64,000 nt of DNA from an uncultured Actinomycetes bacterium (GCA_963832955.1 CAWHWC010000001.1:89851-153850); one strand, 5' to 3'. Numbered from the stretch's first letter, positions 1 to 10,087 are shown. Notes: generated by a model not told the origin, from the letters alone. A program made the numbers and translations.

Positions 1-2
1 CG

Positions 3-257
3 GCGGTCGCGAACGGCCAGACCTACCTCGCAATCGCCGGCGCGATCGCAACGGCGGTCGGCCTCGTCTACTACCTGCGGGTGCCGTTCGCGCTCTTCGA
101 CCGCGACGCGGCTGTGCCCGCCGTGGCCCGGCCGGCGAACTTCCCGCTCGACGCGGCCGTGTCGGTGGCGGCCGCCCTGGTCGTCCTCGGCTTCGGGATC
201 ATCCCCTCGCCGCTGATCGACCTCGCCCGGACGGCGAGCTCGTCGCTCTTCGGCTGA
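3..257 (+). CDS. C-terminal end of a polytopic membrane protein resembling NADH-quinone oxidoreductase subunit N (5' end outside window)
   Basis: Frame 3 is open from the window edge to TGA at 255-257. Hydrophobic tail ...AIAGAIATAVGLVYYLRVPFALF... is typical of NuoN/antiporter-like subunits. High GC3. Confidence 0.4.
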   Translation, partial: AVANGQTYLAIAGAIATAVGLVYYLRVPFALFDRDAAVPAVARPANFPLDAAVSVAAALVVLGFGIIPSPLIDLARTASSSLFG

Positions 258-825
258 GATAGTCGAGCAGCCCGGCTCCCCTGGGCGACAGGCGGTAGCC
301 GGGCCGCAGGCTCTCGGTGAGGCCCAGCTCCTTGAGCCTGCGGACGTCGGCCTTGAAAGGCAGCCGCTCGCGCCCCACAGACGCCGCCAGGTCTGCGGCT
401 GCGACCTCGGGCCGGTCGCCGATCAGCCGCAGCGTCGCGACCGTCCACGGCCCTCGCTTGGTTGCCCGGTCGATGCGCTCGAGCTCGGCCGCAAGCTCGG
501 CCCAGGCCGCGTCGGGAAGGCGGTCGGCCGCCCGCAGCTCGATCCGGGGATCGACCCCGGCGAAGTGGAACGCGATCCGGTAGTGCGTCCCCGAGCGCCG
601 GGCCAGGATCGCCCGGATCTCGTCGCCGTCGGCGGCTCCCGCGCGGCGGGCCTGGGCGTCCGTGATCTTCGCGGGGTCGACGACCTTCACGGAGTCGATC
701 TCGATGATCCCGACCGGCGTGCGGTGCCTGGCGCCGGGGCGAGCCCGCGGGCGCTCCCAGCGCCGGAATGCCAGCGAGACGGTGCCGTCGGCGATGCCGG
801 GCCAGAGCCGCTTCGGGAAGAGCAT
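199..825 (-). CDS. ASCH/PUA-like domain protein
   Basis: ATG at 823-825 inside the 523-aa ORF. MLFPKRLWPGIADGTVSLAFRRWERP...GTHYRIAFHF resembles the conserved actinobacterial ASCH-domain family. The rest of the long ORF is antisense to the radical SAM gene. Confidence 0.6.
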   Translation of the reverse strand: MLFPKRLWPGIADGTVSLAFRRWERPRARPGARHRTPVGIIEIDSVKVVDPAKITDAQARRAGAADGDEIRAILARRSGTHYRIAFHFAGVDPRIELRAADRLPDAAWAELAAELERIDRATKRGPWTVATLRLIGDRPEVAAADLAASVGRERLPFKADVRRLKELGLTESLRPGYRLSPRGAGLLDYLSRRATSSPSGRGRSAARG

Positions 826-879
826 CGCCCGCAACGTAGAGGATTCGCGTACCGAACGTATGTTCGATAGACTTCGATC

Positions 880-1815
880 GTGGGCATCGAGCAGCCGACC
901 CTCTTTCCGGAGCCCGACGGGTGGGGCGACGGACGAAGCCTGCACGACGTCGAGTACCTCCACGTCCGTGCCAAGCGCATCGTGAACCGCGTGCCCGAGG
1001 CGTCGCGCATGCCGTTTCGCTTCACGATCAACGCCTACCGCGGCTGCGCCCACGCCTGCACGTACTGCTTCGCGCGGCCCACCCACGAGTTCCTGGGGAT
1101 GAACGCCGGCGAGGACTTCGAACGCCGGATCGTGGTCAAGGTGAACGCGGTCGAGAAGCTCCGCCGCGAGCTGCGCGAGCCGCGCTGGGCGGGCGACCAC
1201 ATCGCAATGGGCACGAACACCGACCCCTACCAGCCGGCCGAGGGCCGCTACCGGCTGACGCGCGGCATCATCGAGGCGCTCGGCGAGGCGCAGAACGAGT
1301 TCTCGATCCTCACCAAGTCGCCGATGATCGTCCGCGACCTCGACGTCCTGGTTGCCGCGGCCGCGCGCACGCACGTCCGCTGCAACCTCTCGATCGGCAC
1401 GGTCGACGAGGACGTCTGGCGGGCCAGCGAGCCGGGCACGCCGCCGCCCCGGCAGCGCATCGAGGCGGTGCGGCGACTGACCGAGGCGGGCATCCCGTGC
1501 GGTGTCCTCGTCGCTCCGATCCTGCCGGGCATCTCCGACGACCCCGACCGGCTCGAGGCCGTCGTCGAGGCGGTGCTCGCCGCCGGTGCCGTCTCGATCA
1601 CGCCGATCTTCCTCCACCTGCGGCCCGGCGTGCGCGACGTCTTCATGCCGTGGCTGGCCGCCTACCGGCCCGACCTCGTCGAGCGCTACCGCAAGCTGTA
1701 CGCGAGCTCGTACGCATCCGCGGCAGCGGCCCGCACGAGCCAGCTCGTCCAGGAGCTGGTGCGTGCGCACGGCGGCGTCCCTGCGGCCCCGGCGGGCGCG
1801 CGGATGGCCGCCTAG
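880..1815 (+). CDS. Radical SAM protein (SplB/Rv2578c-like)
   Basis: GTG start. YRGCAHACTYCFARP CxxxCxxC radical SAM motif. Conserved ...GTNTDPYQPAEGRYRLTR...SILTKSP... Confidence 0.85.
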   Translation: MGIEQPTLFPEPDGWGDGRSLHDVEYLHVRAKRIVNRVPEASRMPFRFTINAYRGCAHACTYCFARPTHEFLGMNAGEDFERRIVVKVNAVEKLRRELREPRWAGDHIAMGTNTDPYQPAEGRYRLTRGIIEALGEAQNEFSILTKSPMIVRDLDVLVAAAARTHVRCNLSIGTVDEDVWRASEPGTPPPRQRIEAVRRLTEAGIPCGVLVAPILPGISDDPDRLEAVVEAVLAAGAVSITPIFLHLRPGVRDVFMPWLAAYRPDLVERYRKLYASSYASAAAARTSQLVQELVRAHGGVPAAPAGARMAA

Positions 1816-2183
1816 CGGAGGAGCCCGCTCAGCCGGCCCCAGACCGAGCGCGAGCGGGCACGCCCGGCGGGCTCGAGCAGGAAGCGGGCGAGCCGCTCGG
1901 CCTCGGCGTCCTCTAGGGGGATGACCGACTCAGCCGTGCTCTCGTCGTCCCAGATGCTGAGGCGGACGTGGCGCTCCTCCGCGTCGCCGCCGAGGTAGCG
2001 CGAGACGCGAAGCGCACGGCCGCCCTCGCCCTCGAACGCCGGGTGCGGATGGAAGAATTCGACGAGCTTCGAGCGCAGAGGCGCGGCGCACCACGGGCAG
2101 AACCGGTACCGGCCGGACATGCTCTGGCCGCAACTCGCGCACACCTGCACAGCTGACCCCGAATCGCGTATGACAACGAGCAT
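1812..2183 (-). CDS. Zinc-ribbon domain protein, hypothetical
   Basis: ATG at 2181-2183. CASCG...x9...FCPWC two CxxC pairs. High GC3. The upstream part of the 216-aa ORF looks non-coding. Confidence 0.5.
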   Translation of the reverse strand: MLVVIRDSGSAVQVCASCGQSMSGRYRFCPWCAAPLRSKLVEFFHPHPAFEGEGGRALRVSRYLGGDAEERHVRLSIWDDESTAESVIPLEDAEAERLARFLLEPAGRARSRSVWGRLSGLLR

Positions 2184-2238
2184 ATTACGCGGCCGCCGGA
2201 TCCGCCAGAATCCGGCCGGTCCAGCAGCCGGGTGCCGG

Positions 2239-2634
2239 CTAGCGCTGGAGAAGCTCGCGCAGGCCCTCGTGCGCGCGCCGCTGGAGGCGCGGCCATGGCA
2301 CCATCGGCGCGACGAGCGTCCCGACGACGAGCGCCAGCGCGACGAGTGCGAGCTTGCCGGCCCCGGACGGCGCGGACGCCGAGACCACCCCGGGCACGCG
2401 AACCGCCAGGTCGCCGAGCAGCAGTGCGCCGGCGACGGCGCACACCGCCGCCTCGCACACACGGGCCGGTCGCGGATCGTCGACGGTGACTAGATACGCG
2501 AGGAACGCGGCGCCCAGCAGCGCCGCGACCGAGAGGGTCGTCAGGTAGAGGGCGGCCACCGGCGGGAGGCCGCCGGCGATGACAGCGGTGAACACGCCTG
2601 CGAGGGCGATCCAATTCGGGGTGACGGGGGCCAC
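2239..2634 (-). CDS. Small integral membrane protein, hypothetical
   Basis: 131-aa ORF with 3-4 hydrophobic spans (ALAGVFTAVIAGGL..., AALLGAAFLAYLV..., LALVALALVVGTLVAP). Confidence 0.45.
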   Translation of the reverse strand: MAPVTPNWIALAGVFTAVIAGGLPPVAALYLTTLSVAALLGAAFLAYLVTVDDPRPARVCEAAVCAVAGALLLGDLAVRVPGVVSASAPSGAGKLALVALALVVGTLVAPMVPWPRLQRRAHEGLRELLQR

Positions 2635-2716
2635 ACAACGGCGTTCGCCGTCGCACCCCCGGCTCCTGCCCAGGGACTAGTCTGACGGTCGCAGGCGAGG
2701 CTAGGAGGGTGATGGC

Positions 2717-3439
2717 ATGTCCCTGAACGGCGCACGGCTCACATGGTTCGGCCACGCAACGTGGCTGCTCGAGACGCCGGGCGGAAAACGCGTCCTGTTC
2801 GACCCATGGTTCACCGGCAACCCGAAGGTCCCGGAGGGCACGGATCCGGGCGCGATCGACGTGATGCTGCTCTCGCACGGCCACTCGGACCACACGGCCG
2901 ACGTCATCCGGCTCGCCGCCGAGAAGAAGCCCAAGGCGATCGTCGGGATGCTCGAGATGATGGACTACTTCGAGGCGAAGGGTGTCGAGAACGGCGTCGG
3001 GATGAACAAGGGCGGGTCGACCGAGGCCGAGGGTCTGCGCATCACCATGACGAACGCCCACCATTCCTCGAGCATCGGTGAGGAGGACGGCACCATCGTC
3101 TACACCGGCGAGCCCGCGGGCCTCGTCGTCACGCTCGAGAATGGCTTCAAGATCTACTTCGCCGGCGACACGTGCGTGTTCGGCGACATGGCGCTGATCG
3201 GCGAGCTCTACTCGCCCGACGTCGCGATGCTCCCGATCGGCGACTTCTTCACGATGGGCCCGCTCGAGGCCGCCAAGGCGGTGGAGCTGCTCGGCGTGAA
3301 GAAGATCGTGCCGATGCACTGGGGGACGTTCCCGGCCCTTCCCGGCACCCCCGACGGGCTGCGCGAGGAGCTCGCGAAGCGAGGCCTCGGTGACGTCGAG
3401 GTGCTCGACACCGAGCCGGGCGGGGGCACCATCGAATGA
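2717..3439 (+). CDS. Metal-dependent hydrolase, UPF0173/MBL-fold family
   Basis: LTWFGHATWLLETPGGKRVLFDPW...LLSHGHSDH...FAGDT...MHWGTFP pattern of the UPF0173 beta-lactamase-fold family. Confidence 0.85.
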   Translation: MSLNGARLTWFGHATWLLETPGGKRVLFDPWFTGNPKVPEGTDPGAIDVMLLSHGHSDHTADVIRLAAEKKPKAIVGMLEMMDYFEAKGVENGVGMNKGGSTEAEGLRITMTNAHHSSSIGEEDGTIVYTGEPAGLVVTLENGFKIYFAGDTCVFGDMALIGELYSPDVAMLPIGDFFTMGPLEAAKAVELLGVKKIVPMHWGTFPALPGTPDGLREELAKRGLGDVEVLDTEPGGGTIE

Positions 3440-4254
3440 CGTTCTCGCTGGTCGCGTGCGACCTCGAGACGGGCGAGTGGGGCGTCTCGGTCGCGTCGAA
3501 GTTCCTCGCGGTCGGGGCGGTCGTGCCGTGGGCGCGCGGTGACGTCGGCGCCGTCGCGACACAGAGCTACGCGAACGTGACCTACGGCCCAGACGGGCTG
3601 GCGCTGCTGGCCGGTGGGGCCGACGCCCAGTCGGCGCTCGATCGCCTGGTCGCCGACGATCCCGGCCGGGACCAGCGCCAGGCGGGGATCGTCGACGCGA
3701 CGGGTGGATCGGCGACGTTCACCGGGAGCGGCTGCTTCGAGTGGGCGGGAGGCCGAACCGGCCCGTGCTTCGCGGCGCAGGGCAACATCCTCGTCGGCCC
3801 CGACGTCGTCGACGCGCTGGCAGACACGTTCCTCGGCACGAAGGGCCCGCTGGCAGAGCGCCTGCTGGCGGCCCTCGCAGCCGCGGACGCCGCCGGCGGC
3901 GACCGCCGCGGGCGGCAGTCGGCGTGCGTGATCGTGCGCCGGACAGGCGGCGGCTACGGTGGCAACAACGACATCCTGATCGATCTACGGGTGGACGACC
4001 ACGCCGACCCGGTGGGCGAGCTCCAGCGGGTGTACGCCATCCACGACCTGCTCTTCGGGCAGACGGCGGAGGTCGACATGATCCCGCTCGACGAGGTGCG
4101 GGCCGAGGTGACCGAGAGGCTCGCCGCGCTCGGCTTCGACGGGTCGACCGAGGAGGCGCTGCGGGCATGGGCGGGCCGGGAGAACCTGGAAGAACGGCTC
4201 CGCGAGGATCGCATGGATCCCGTGCTCCTGCGTGCATTGCGCGAGGCAACTTGA
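3436..4254 (+). CDS. DUF1028 family Ntn-hydrolase-like protein with C-terminal peptidoglycan-binding-like domain
   Basis: MTFSLVACD...GAVATQSYAN...GRQSAC... typical of DUF1028. ATGA overlap with the upstream gene. Confidence 0.8.
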   Translation: MTFSLVACDLETGEWGVSVASKFLAVGAVVPWARGDVGAVATQSYANVTYGPDGLALLAGGADAQSALDRLVADDPGRDQRQAGIVDATGGSATFTGSGCFEWAGGRTGPCFAAQGNILVGPDVVDALADTFLGTKGPLAERLLAALAAADAAGGDRRGRQSACVIVRRTGGGYGGNNDILIDLRVDDHADPVGELQRVYAIHDLLFGQTAEVDMIPLDEVRAEVTERLAALGFDGSTEEALRAWAGRENLEERLREDRMDPVLLRALREAT

Positions 4255-4307
4255 CGCGTTGCTCGTGACCCCCTAGCGTCCGCTCCGAAACCGACGAGAG
4301 GGGGACC

Positions 4308-5390
4308 ATGCGAAGGGCACTTCGCGTTTCGGCAGCGGCCGCTGCGGCGGTCGGCGTCCTGGCTCTGGCGTCACCGGCGTTCGCAACGGTGCGCCACGTC
4401 CATCCCGGGCAGTCGATCCAGGCCGCCATCAACGCCTCGCACCCCGGCGACACGATCAAGGTCGCCGCAGGGGTGTATCACCAGAACCTCACGATCGCGA
4501 CGAACCACATCACGCTGTGGGGCGCCGGCAGCGGGCGGCACGGGACCGTCCTGAAGCCGCGCAAGCACCCGCTGCCCAGCCCGTGCACGAACTCGAACGG
4601 CACCGCCAAGTTCGTGAACGGCATCTGCTCGGTCGGGCAGTTCGACCCGGCGACCGGTGATCCGGGCGCGCCGATCGACGGGACGACCATCCACGGGTTC
4701 AGGGTCGTGGGCTTCTCGAGCACGGGGATCATCTTCTTCAACGACGCCCATACCGTCGTCTCCGGGAACCGCGCGATCGGGAACGCGGACTACGGGATCG
4801 CCGCGTTCGTCAATAACCACATCACGTACACGCACAACGTGGCGACGGGGAGCGAGGAGGCCGGGTTCTACATCGGCGACTCGCCCGACGCCGAAGCGGT
4901 CGTGACGCACAACGTCGCCAAGGGGAATCTGTTCGGGTTCTTCTTCCGCGACTCCCAGCACGGGCTCTTCGCGCACGACTTCGCGAAGGGCAACTGCGTC
5001 GGGATCATGACCCTCGACACCGGCTCGCCGGGCGCCGAGGGCTTCGTCGAGATCGCGCAGAACCGGATCTTCCACAATCAGAAGGCCTGCCCGGCCGGCG
5101 AGGGCCCGCCCCTGTCCGGCGTCGGCATCTTCCTCTTCGGGACGACTCACGCCAACGTGTGGGGGAACCGGGTGACGAAGAACCTGCCGTCCGGCCCGAG
5201 CTTCATAAGCGGCGGCATCGTGGTCCACTCGGCCGGCATCGTCGGCGGGGCCGACCCGACCTCGAACGTCGTGACGCACAACTTCGTCCACGACAACCTG
5301 AGCAAGGACCTGAAGTACGACGGCACCGGGTCGGGGAACACCTTCCCCGACAACGACTGCGGCACGTCGCACCCCGGCGGGCTCTGCTAG
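4308..5390 (+). CDS. Secreted right-handed parallel beta-helix repeat protein (NosD/pectin-lyase fold)
   Basis: Signal peptide MRRALRVSAAAAAAVGVLALASPAFA. VHPGQSIQAAINASHPGDTIKVAAGVYHQNLTI followed by repeated ...GN..G.. beta-helix turns. Confidence 0.75.
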   Translation: MRRALRVSAAAAAAVGVLALASPAFATVRHVHPGQSIQAAINASHPGDTIKVAAGVYHQNLTIATNHITLWGAGSGRHGTVLKPRKHPLPSPCTNSNGTAKFVNGICSVGQFDPATGDPGAPIDGTTIHGFRVVGFSSTGIIFFNDAHTVVSGNRAIGNADYGIAAFVNNHITYTHNVATGSEEAGFYIGDSPDAEAVVTHNVAKGNLFGFFFRDSQHGLFAHDFAKGNCVGIMTLDTGSPGAEGFVEIAQNRIFHNQKACPAGEGPPLSGVGIFLFGTTHANVWGNRVTKNLPSGPSFISGGIVVHSAGIVGGADPTSNVVTHNFVHDNLSKDLKYDGTGSGNTFPDNDCGTSHPGGLC

Positions 5391-5394
5391 CGAG

Positions 5395-6510
5395 CTAGGA
5401 GAGCACGCCGAGACGCCGGGAGATCCGCTCCGCCCCCGACCGGGGGCGGAGCGCTCCCGGTAGCGCCTCGACGAGCGCCGAGACGGCCTGGGCGGACTCG
5501 GCGTCGGGGGCCGAGAGGACGAGCGGCGTCCCGCCGTCGGCCGACTCGCGGAGCGGCTCGTCGAGCGGGATCTCCGCGAGGAGCGGCACGCCGAGCTCGT
5601 CCGCGAGCGCCCTGCCGCCGCCCGTGCCGAACGGGTGCGACACCTCGCCGCAGCACGTGCACCGGATGAAGCTCATGTTCTCGACGACGCCCGCGACGCG
5701 CATCCCCGTCTTCTCGGCCACCTCGGCCGTGCGAGCGGCGACCCGCTGCGCAGCCGGCTGCGGGGTGGTGACGATGATCAGATCGGGCTCGGGCAGGAGC
5801 TGGCCGAGCGAGATCGCCACGTCGCCCGTGCCGGGAGGCATGTCGACGACGAGGTAGTCGAGCTCGCCCCAGTGGACGTCGGTCAGGAATTGCTCGAGCG
5901 CGCGGTGCAGCATCGGCCCGCGCCAGACGACGGCCTGGTCCGACTCGAGGAAGAACCCGATCGACATCACCCGCAGGTCGTGCGAGACCGGCGGCACGAT
6001 CATCTTCTCGACGACCACGGGTCGCCGGTTCACGCCGAGCATGCGCGGGATCGAGTAGCCGTAGATGTCCGCGTCGACCACTCCGACCTCGGCGCCGCCT
6101 GCCGCCAGCGCGGCCGCGAGGTTGACGGACACCGTCGACTTGCCAACCCCTCCCTTGCCCGAGGCCAGCGCGATGACCCGTGTGCGCGAGCTGAGGGAGA
6201 TCGACTTCTGCTCGCCGCCGTTCGCGCCGGGCTGCAGCCGCTGGCGGAGCGCCGTCTTCTCCTGGGCGCTCATCACGTCGAAGGCGACGCCGACCGAGGA
6301 GACGCCCTCGACCGCGCCGACGTGCTGCCGGACCTGGCCCTCGAGATCGGCCTTCATCGGGCAGCCGGCGACGGTCAGCGCGATCGTGACGTCGACATGA
6401 TCCCCCTGGACCTGGACGCCGCGCACCATCTCGAGCTCGACGACATTGCGGCGGATCTCCGGATCGATGACGGCGCGAAGCGCCTCACGGATCGACTGCT
6501 CGGCGATCAT
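5395..6510 (-). CDS. apbC: Fe-S cluster carrier ATPase Mrp/ApbC (DUF59 + P-loop)
   Basis: N-terminal DUF59 (LRAVIDPEIRRNVVELEMV). Deviant Walker A ASGKGGVGKSTVSVNLA. CxxC near the C-terminus (FIRCTCCGE). Confidence 0.9.
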   Translation of the reverse strand: MIAEQSIREALRAVIDPEIRRNVVELEMVRGVQVQGDHVDVTIALTVAGCPMKADLEGQVRQHVGAVEGVSSVGVAFDVMSAQEKTALRQRLQPGANGGEQKSISLSSRTRVIALASGKGGVGKSTVSVNLAAALAAGGAEVGVVDADIYGYSIPRMLGVNRRPVVVEKMIVPPVSHDLRVMSIGFFLESDQAVVWRGPMLHRALEQFLTDVHWGELDYLVVDMPPGTGDVAISLGQLLPEPDLIIVTTPQPAAQRVAARTAEVAEKTGMRVAGVVENMSFIRCTCCGEVSHPFGTGGGRALADELGVPLLAEIPLDEPLRESADGGTPLVLSAPDAESAQAVSALVEALPGALRPRSGAERISRRLGVLS

Positions 6511-6544
6511 GGCCGCAGTGTAGGCCGAACCGGCCTGGCGGCCG

Positions 6545-7315
6545 TCAGCCGTACACGAGGTCGCCGAGCGTGCGGCACCACGTCTCGTCGCGCGCGGCGA
6601 CCGCGCGGGTGCGGCTTTCCAGGCCCAGGTCGACCGACTCGAGATCCCACGTCACGAGCGAGGCGCCGGCCTCCCGCACGATGAGCGCGGCCGCCGCCAG
6701 GTCGACCGACCGGCTCGGCTTCAGCGTCGCCACCCCGTCGACGCGGCCGTCCGCGAGCTGGCACAGCGCGAGCGCGAGCGCCCCGAGCACACGGATGCGC
6801 CCGACGTGCCCGTCGAGCCGCGCCGCGGCGTCGGCTACCAGGCCGGCGTTCGTCGCCTCGAGATCGACCACCCCCAGGCGCTCCTTGGGACGGGTGCCTC
6901 CGAGCTCCCTGCCGTCCACCGTGGCCCCGAGCCCGCGCTGGGCCACCCACTCCTCGCCGGTGCCGAAGTCGCGGATGTAGCCGAACCGGACGTCGTCGAG
7001 GGTCGGCCCGTCGGCGAAGGCCAGCGAGATGCACCAGAACGGCAGGCAGCGCTTCGCGTTCAGCGAGCCGTCGATCGGGTCGACGACGACCACCCACTTG
7101 CTCTCGCTCCCGAACATCCGCTCGCCGAGCTCCTCTGACACCAGCCGAAAGTCGACGCCGCCGGCGTGCAGCTCCTCGAGCCTCGCAACGACGGCCGCCT
7201 CGGCGTCGCGATCGATCACGGTCGTGTCGTCACCGCCCTCCCCCTGACCGACGACCGGCTCGCGCTGGTCGCGGGTGGGAAGCGCGGCGAGGGCCGCGCC
7301 GACGTCGTCGGACAC
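6545..7315 (-). CDS. Inositol monophosphatase/FBPase family protein
   Basis: VVVDPIDGSLNAKR metal-binding motif. ...LGALALALCQLADGRVDG... typical of the IMPase fold. Confidence 0.8.
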   Translation of the reverse strand: MSDDVGAALAALPTRDQREPVVGQGEGGDDTTVIDRDAEAAVVARLEELHAGGVDFRLVSEELGERMFGSESKWVVVVDPIDGSLNAKRCLPFWCISLAFADGPTLDDVRFGYIRDFGTGEEWVAQRGLGATVDGRELGGTRPKERLGVVDLEATNAGLVADAAARLDGHVGRIRVLGALALALCQLADGRVDGVATLKPSRSVDLAAAALIVREAGASLVTWDLESVDLGLESRTRAVAARDETWCRTLGDLVYG

Positions 7316-7353
7316 CTGCCGGCAGAAGCCGAGCCAGCGCTGGTCGATGGGGA

Positions 7354-8643
7354 CTAGTCCTCCAACGGGTTCAGGAGGAACCCGCTCCAGAGCTTCGGGA
7401 AGAAGTACGTCGACTTCTGGGGCATGACGGCGCCCGCATCGGCAACCGCGCGCACCTGCTCAAGCGTGGGCGCCCGCAGGATGAACGCCGCGGCGGCCTC
7501 GCCTCGTTCGACCGGCGCCGTCGCGGCGCCCAGCTCGCGCACGTACTGGACGGCGTCGCTCGCCGCGAACTGCTCGGCGTCGAGCAGGCCGAGCATCGGC
7601 TGGAGGATGGCCGCCTCGAGCACGGCCGCGTCCACCTTGCGCACCGGCGCTGGCACGCCGGGCATCGCCATCGAGATCGCGGCCCGGTCGCGCAGCGTGC
7701 AGAGCAGGGCCGGCCGCTCGGCCCCATGCCAGACCGCGAATGCGATCGTGTCGGCGGGGACCGCGTTCAGCTCTGCCTCGACATCGAGCGGGGTCGCCTG
7801 GATCTCTCGGACTGTGAACGCCGACAGGAGATCGGGGGTGACGTCGCGCTTTCCCGGGACGACTCGGTGCGTCGGGTAGACCACGAGGCCCTCGCCCTGC
7901 ATGTTCACGAGGTGCATGAGCGCGAAGTCGCACGGCAGGTCGGCCGGCGAGTCGCCCTCCCGAGCGCGGACCTCGTCCCGGTAGGCCAGCGCCGTCTCGT
8001 AGCGGTGGTGGCCGTCGGCGATCACGATCGACCGGTCGGCCATCGCCTCCTGGACGGCCTCGATGGCGCCGGCGTCGGTCACCTGCCAGAAGCGATGGAC
8101 GGTGCCGTCGGCGTCGGTCGTCTCCATCATCGGCGCGCCGGAGACGTGCGGCAGGAGCGCGGCGCGCGGTGCCCCCTCGGGGTCGTCGTAGAGGCCGAAG
8201 ACCGGCGAGAGGTTGGCGCGCACCGCCCGCATCAGCTCGAGCCGGCCCGCGCGCGTGGCGGCGTGGGTGCGCTCGTGCGGCCGCACGCGGCCCTCGCCGT
8301 AGGCGGCGAGGCGGATGGCGGAGAGGAAGCCCGACCGCTCGCCTTCGCTCCCGTCCGGGGCGACGTAGGTCTGCGTGTGCCACCAGATCGAGGGCTCGGT
8401 GTCGCGCAGGAGCGCGCCCTCGCGGCGCCAGTCCTGGAGCAGCCGGGCGGCCTGGCTCGGCGCCTCGGGCAGGAGCAGGCGGACGATCGAGTGCGCGCTG
8501 CGGCGGAGGTAGGCATCGCGATCCGCGGGCGAGATCACGTCGTACGGAGGTGCGACGACATCGCCGAGCTCGACGAATTCCGGGTTGTAGCGCAGTGCCC
8601 GCAGCGGCTCGAGCGCGGTGCGCGTGGCCGGGGTCGATGCCAT
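7354..8643 (-). CDS. DUF1015 domain protein
   Basis: LRALRYNP...VVAPPYDVISPADRDAYL...IADGHHRYETALAY hallmark of DUF1015. ATG at 8641-8643 is preferred over the upstream start at 8685. Confidence 0.8.
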   Translation of the reverse strand: MASTPATRTALEPLRALRYNPEFVELGDVVAPPYDVISPADRDAYLRRSAHSIVRLLLPEAPSQAARLLQDWRREGALLRDTEPSIWWHTQTYVAPDGSEGERSGFLSAIRLAAYGEGRVRPHERTHAATRAGRLELMRAVRANLSPVFGLYDDPEGAPRAALLPHVSGAPMMETTDADGTVHRFWQVTDAGAIEAVQEAMADRSIVIADGHHRYETALAYRDEVRAREGDSPADLPCDFALMHLVNMQGEGLVVYPTHRVVPGKRDVTPDLLSAFTVREIQATPLDVEAELNAVPADTIAFAVWHGAERPALLCTLRDRAAISMAMPGVPAPVRKVDAAVLEAAILQPMLGLLDAEQFAASDAVQYVRELGAATAPVERGEAAAAFILRAPTLEQVRAVADAGAVMPQKSTYFFPKLWSGFLLNPLED

Positions 8644-8671
8644 CGGCGCCAGTCTAATAGACTCGTTCCGG

Positions 8672-9523
8672 ATGGCCGGGAGCACCTACGTCGCGGACTT
8701 GGCCGAGGGGGCGGTGGTCGACGCGACGTTCGCGGTGCAGCGCAAGACCCGCCGCCGCACGCGCAACGGGGACCCGTTCCTGTCGGTCGAGCTGGCCGAC
8801 CGTACTGGCCGCGTCCCGGGCGTCGTCTGGAACGACGTGAACTTGCTCGGAGCCCGGTTCGACCAGGGCGACACCGTCCGCGTGCTCGGCAAGGTCGAGG
8901 CCTACGCCGGCCGCCTTCAGATCTCGGTGCGCGACCTCGAGCGCATCGAGGGAGGAGACCCGCTCGAACTCGTCCCGGGCTCGCGGCGCGACGCCGAGAC
9001 GCTCGAGGGATTCCTCGAGTTCCTCGCGGGCGAGATCCACCATGAGGGGCTGCGCGCGCTCGTGACCGGTGTCATCGACGATCCGCGCGTCCGCGAGCGG
9101 CTCCGAACGGCGCCCGCGTCCGAGACGCACCACGACTACGCCGGCGGGCTGCTCGAGCACACCGTCGCCGTCGCCACGCTGTGCCGCGAGGCGGCGCAGC
9201 TCCACCCGCGCCTCAACTCCGACATCCTGCTCGCGGCCGCGCTCCTGCACGACGTCGGCCGCACCGAGACCTTCCGCCCCGGAGTGACGATCGCCGTCTC
9301 GGACGAGGGCCGGATGCTCGGGCACGTCCTCGCCGGGGTGCGCATGATCGACGCCGCGGCGCGGGATGCCGGCCTCGCCGACGACGTCCTCCTTCCGCTC
9401 CTGAACGCCGTCGCCGGACACCACGGCCCGCTCGAGGGCCGCCGGCTCGAGACGCCCGAGGCGGTCGCGCTCTACCACGCGAACTCGCTCGACGCCCGGC
9501 TCGGCGAAGCGCTCGGGGGTTAA
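8672..9523 (+). CDS. OB-fold + HD domain 3'-5' exoribonuclease, YhaM-like
   Basis: N-terminal OB fold (FAVQRKTRRRTRNGDPFLSVELADRTG). HD domain (HHDYAGGLLEHT...LLHDVGR). Divergent from DUF1015 with a 28-bp spacer. Confidence 0.75.
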   Translation: MAGSTYVADLAEGAVVDATFAVQRKTRRRTRNGDPFLSVELADRTGRVPGVVWNDVNLLGARFDQGDTVRVLGKVEAYAGRLQISVRDLERIEGGDPLELVPGSRRDAETLEGFLEFLAGEIHHEGLRALVTGVIDDPRVRERLRTAPASETHHDYAGGLLEHTVAVATLCREAAQLHPRLNSDILLAAALLHDVGRTETFRPGVTIAVSDEGRMLGHVLAGVRMIDAAARDAGLADDVLLPLLNAVAGHHGPLEGRRLETPEAVALYHANSLDARLGEALGG

Positions 9524-9589
9524 CCGCACGCCGGTCTCGGGATATCTCGGCGGCCCGCGCCGCCGGCGGCGCATACGCTGGCGGCCGCC

Positions 9590-10087
9590 ATGCCAAGAGA
9601 GACCTCCCTTCATCCCGACGTCCGCGTGGGCCACGTGCACCTGCGGGTCGGCGACCTCGAGCGGGCGACCGCGTTCTATCGCGACGCGATCGGCCTGAGC
9701 GTCACGGTCGACGGCCGCGCGTTCGGGCTCCCGGCAGTGTTCCTCGCCGCCGGCGACTACCACCATCACGTCGCGCTGAACGCGTTCGACGGCGAGGGCG
9801 CCGAGCCGGCGCCGCGCCGCCACGCCGGCCTGCACCACTTCGCCCTGCTCTACCCGAGCCGCGAGGAGCTGGGCCTGGCGGTCGCCCGCCTGCGCCGGAT
9901 CGGACATCCGATCGACGCCGCCGAGGACCACGGCGGCACCGTCGCCGTGTACCTGCGAGACCCCGACGGAAACGGCGTGGAGCTCTCGTATGACCGCCCG
10001 CGCAGCGAGTGGTTCGACGACGAAGGGCGGCCGATCATGAAGGCCGCGCCGTTCGACCCCGACAGCCTGATCCAGGAGCCAGTGTGA
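9590..10087 (+). CDS. VOC/glyoxalase-dioxygenase family protein
   Basis: VGHVHLRVGDLERATAFYRDAIGL...HHHVALN...GLHHFALLY...YLRDPDGNGVEL. Confidence 0.8.
   Translation: MPRETSLHPDVRVGHVHLRVGDLERATAFYRDAIGLSVTVDGRAFGLPAVFLAAGDYHHHVALNAFDGEGAEPAPRRHAGLHHFALLYPSREELGLAVARLRRIGHPIDAAEDHGGTVAVYLRDPDGNGVELSYDRPRSEWFDDEGRPIMKAAPFDPDSLIQEPV

Noticed and set aside
199-1770. 523-aa ORF on the minus strand spanning the radical SAM gene
   Set aside because: Only the last 208 codons (199-825, the ASCH protein) look like protein. The remainder is Arg/Ala/Asp-rich antisense translation of the clearly real radical SAM gene (880-1815), which is typical of high-GC DNA.
1913-3562. 549-aa minus-strand ORF, and similar long antisense ORFs (8654-9931, 10617-12335, 12611-14089, 15654-17246, 17920-19380, 38999-40823, 43755-45970)
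   Set aside because: All are Arg/Pro/Gly/Ala-rich and low in complexity, with no motifs. Each lies exactly opposite a gene with strong family signatures. They are stop-codon-poor shadow frames of about 70% GC DNA.
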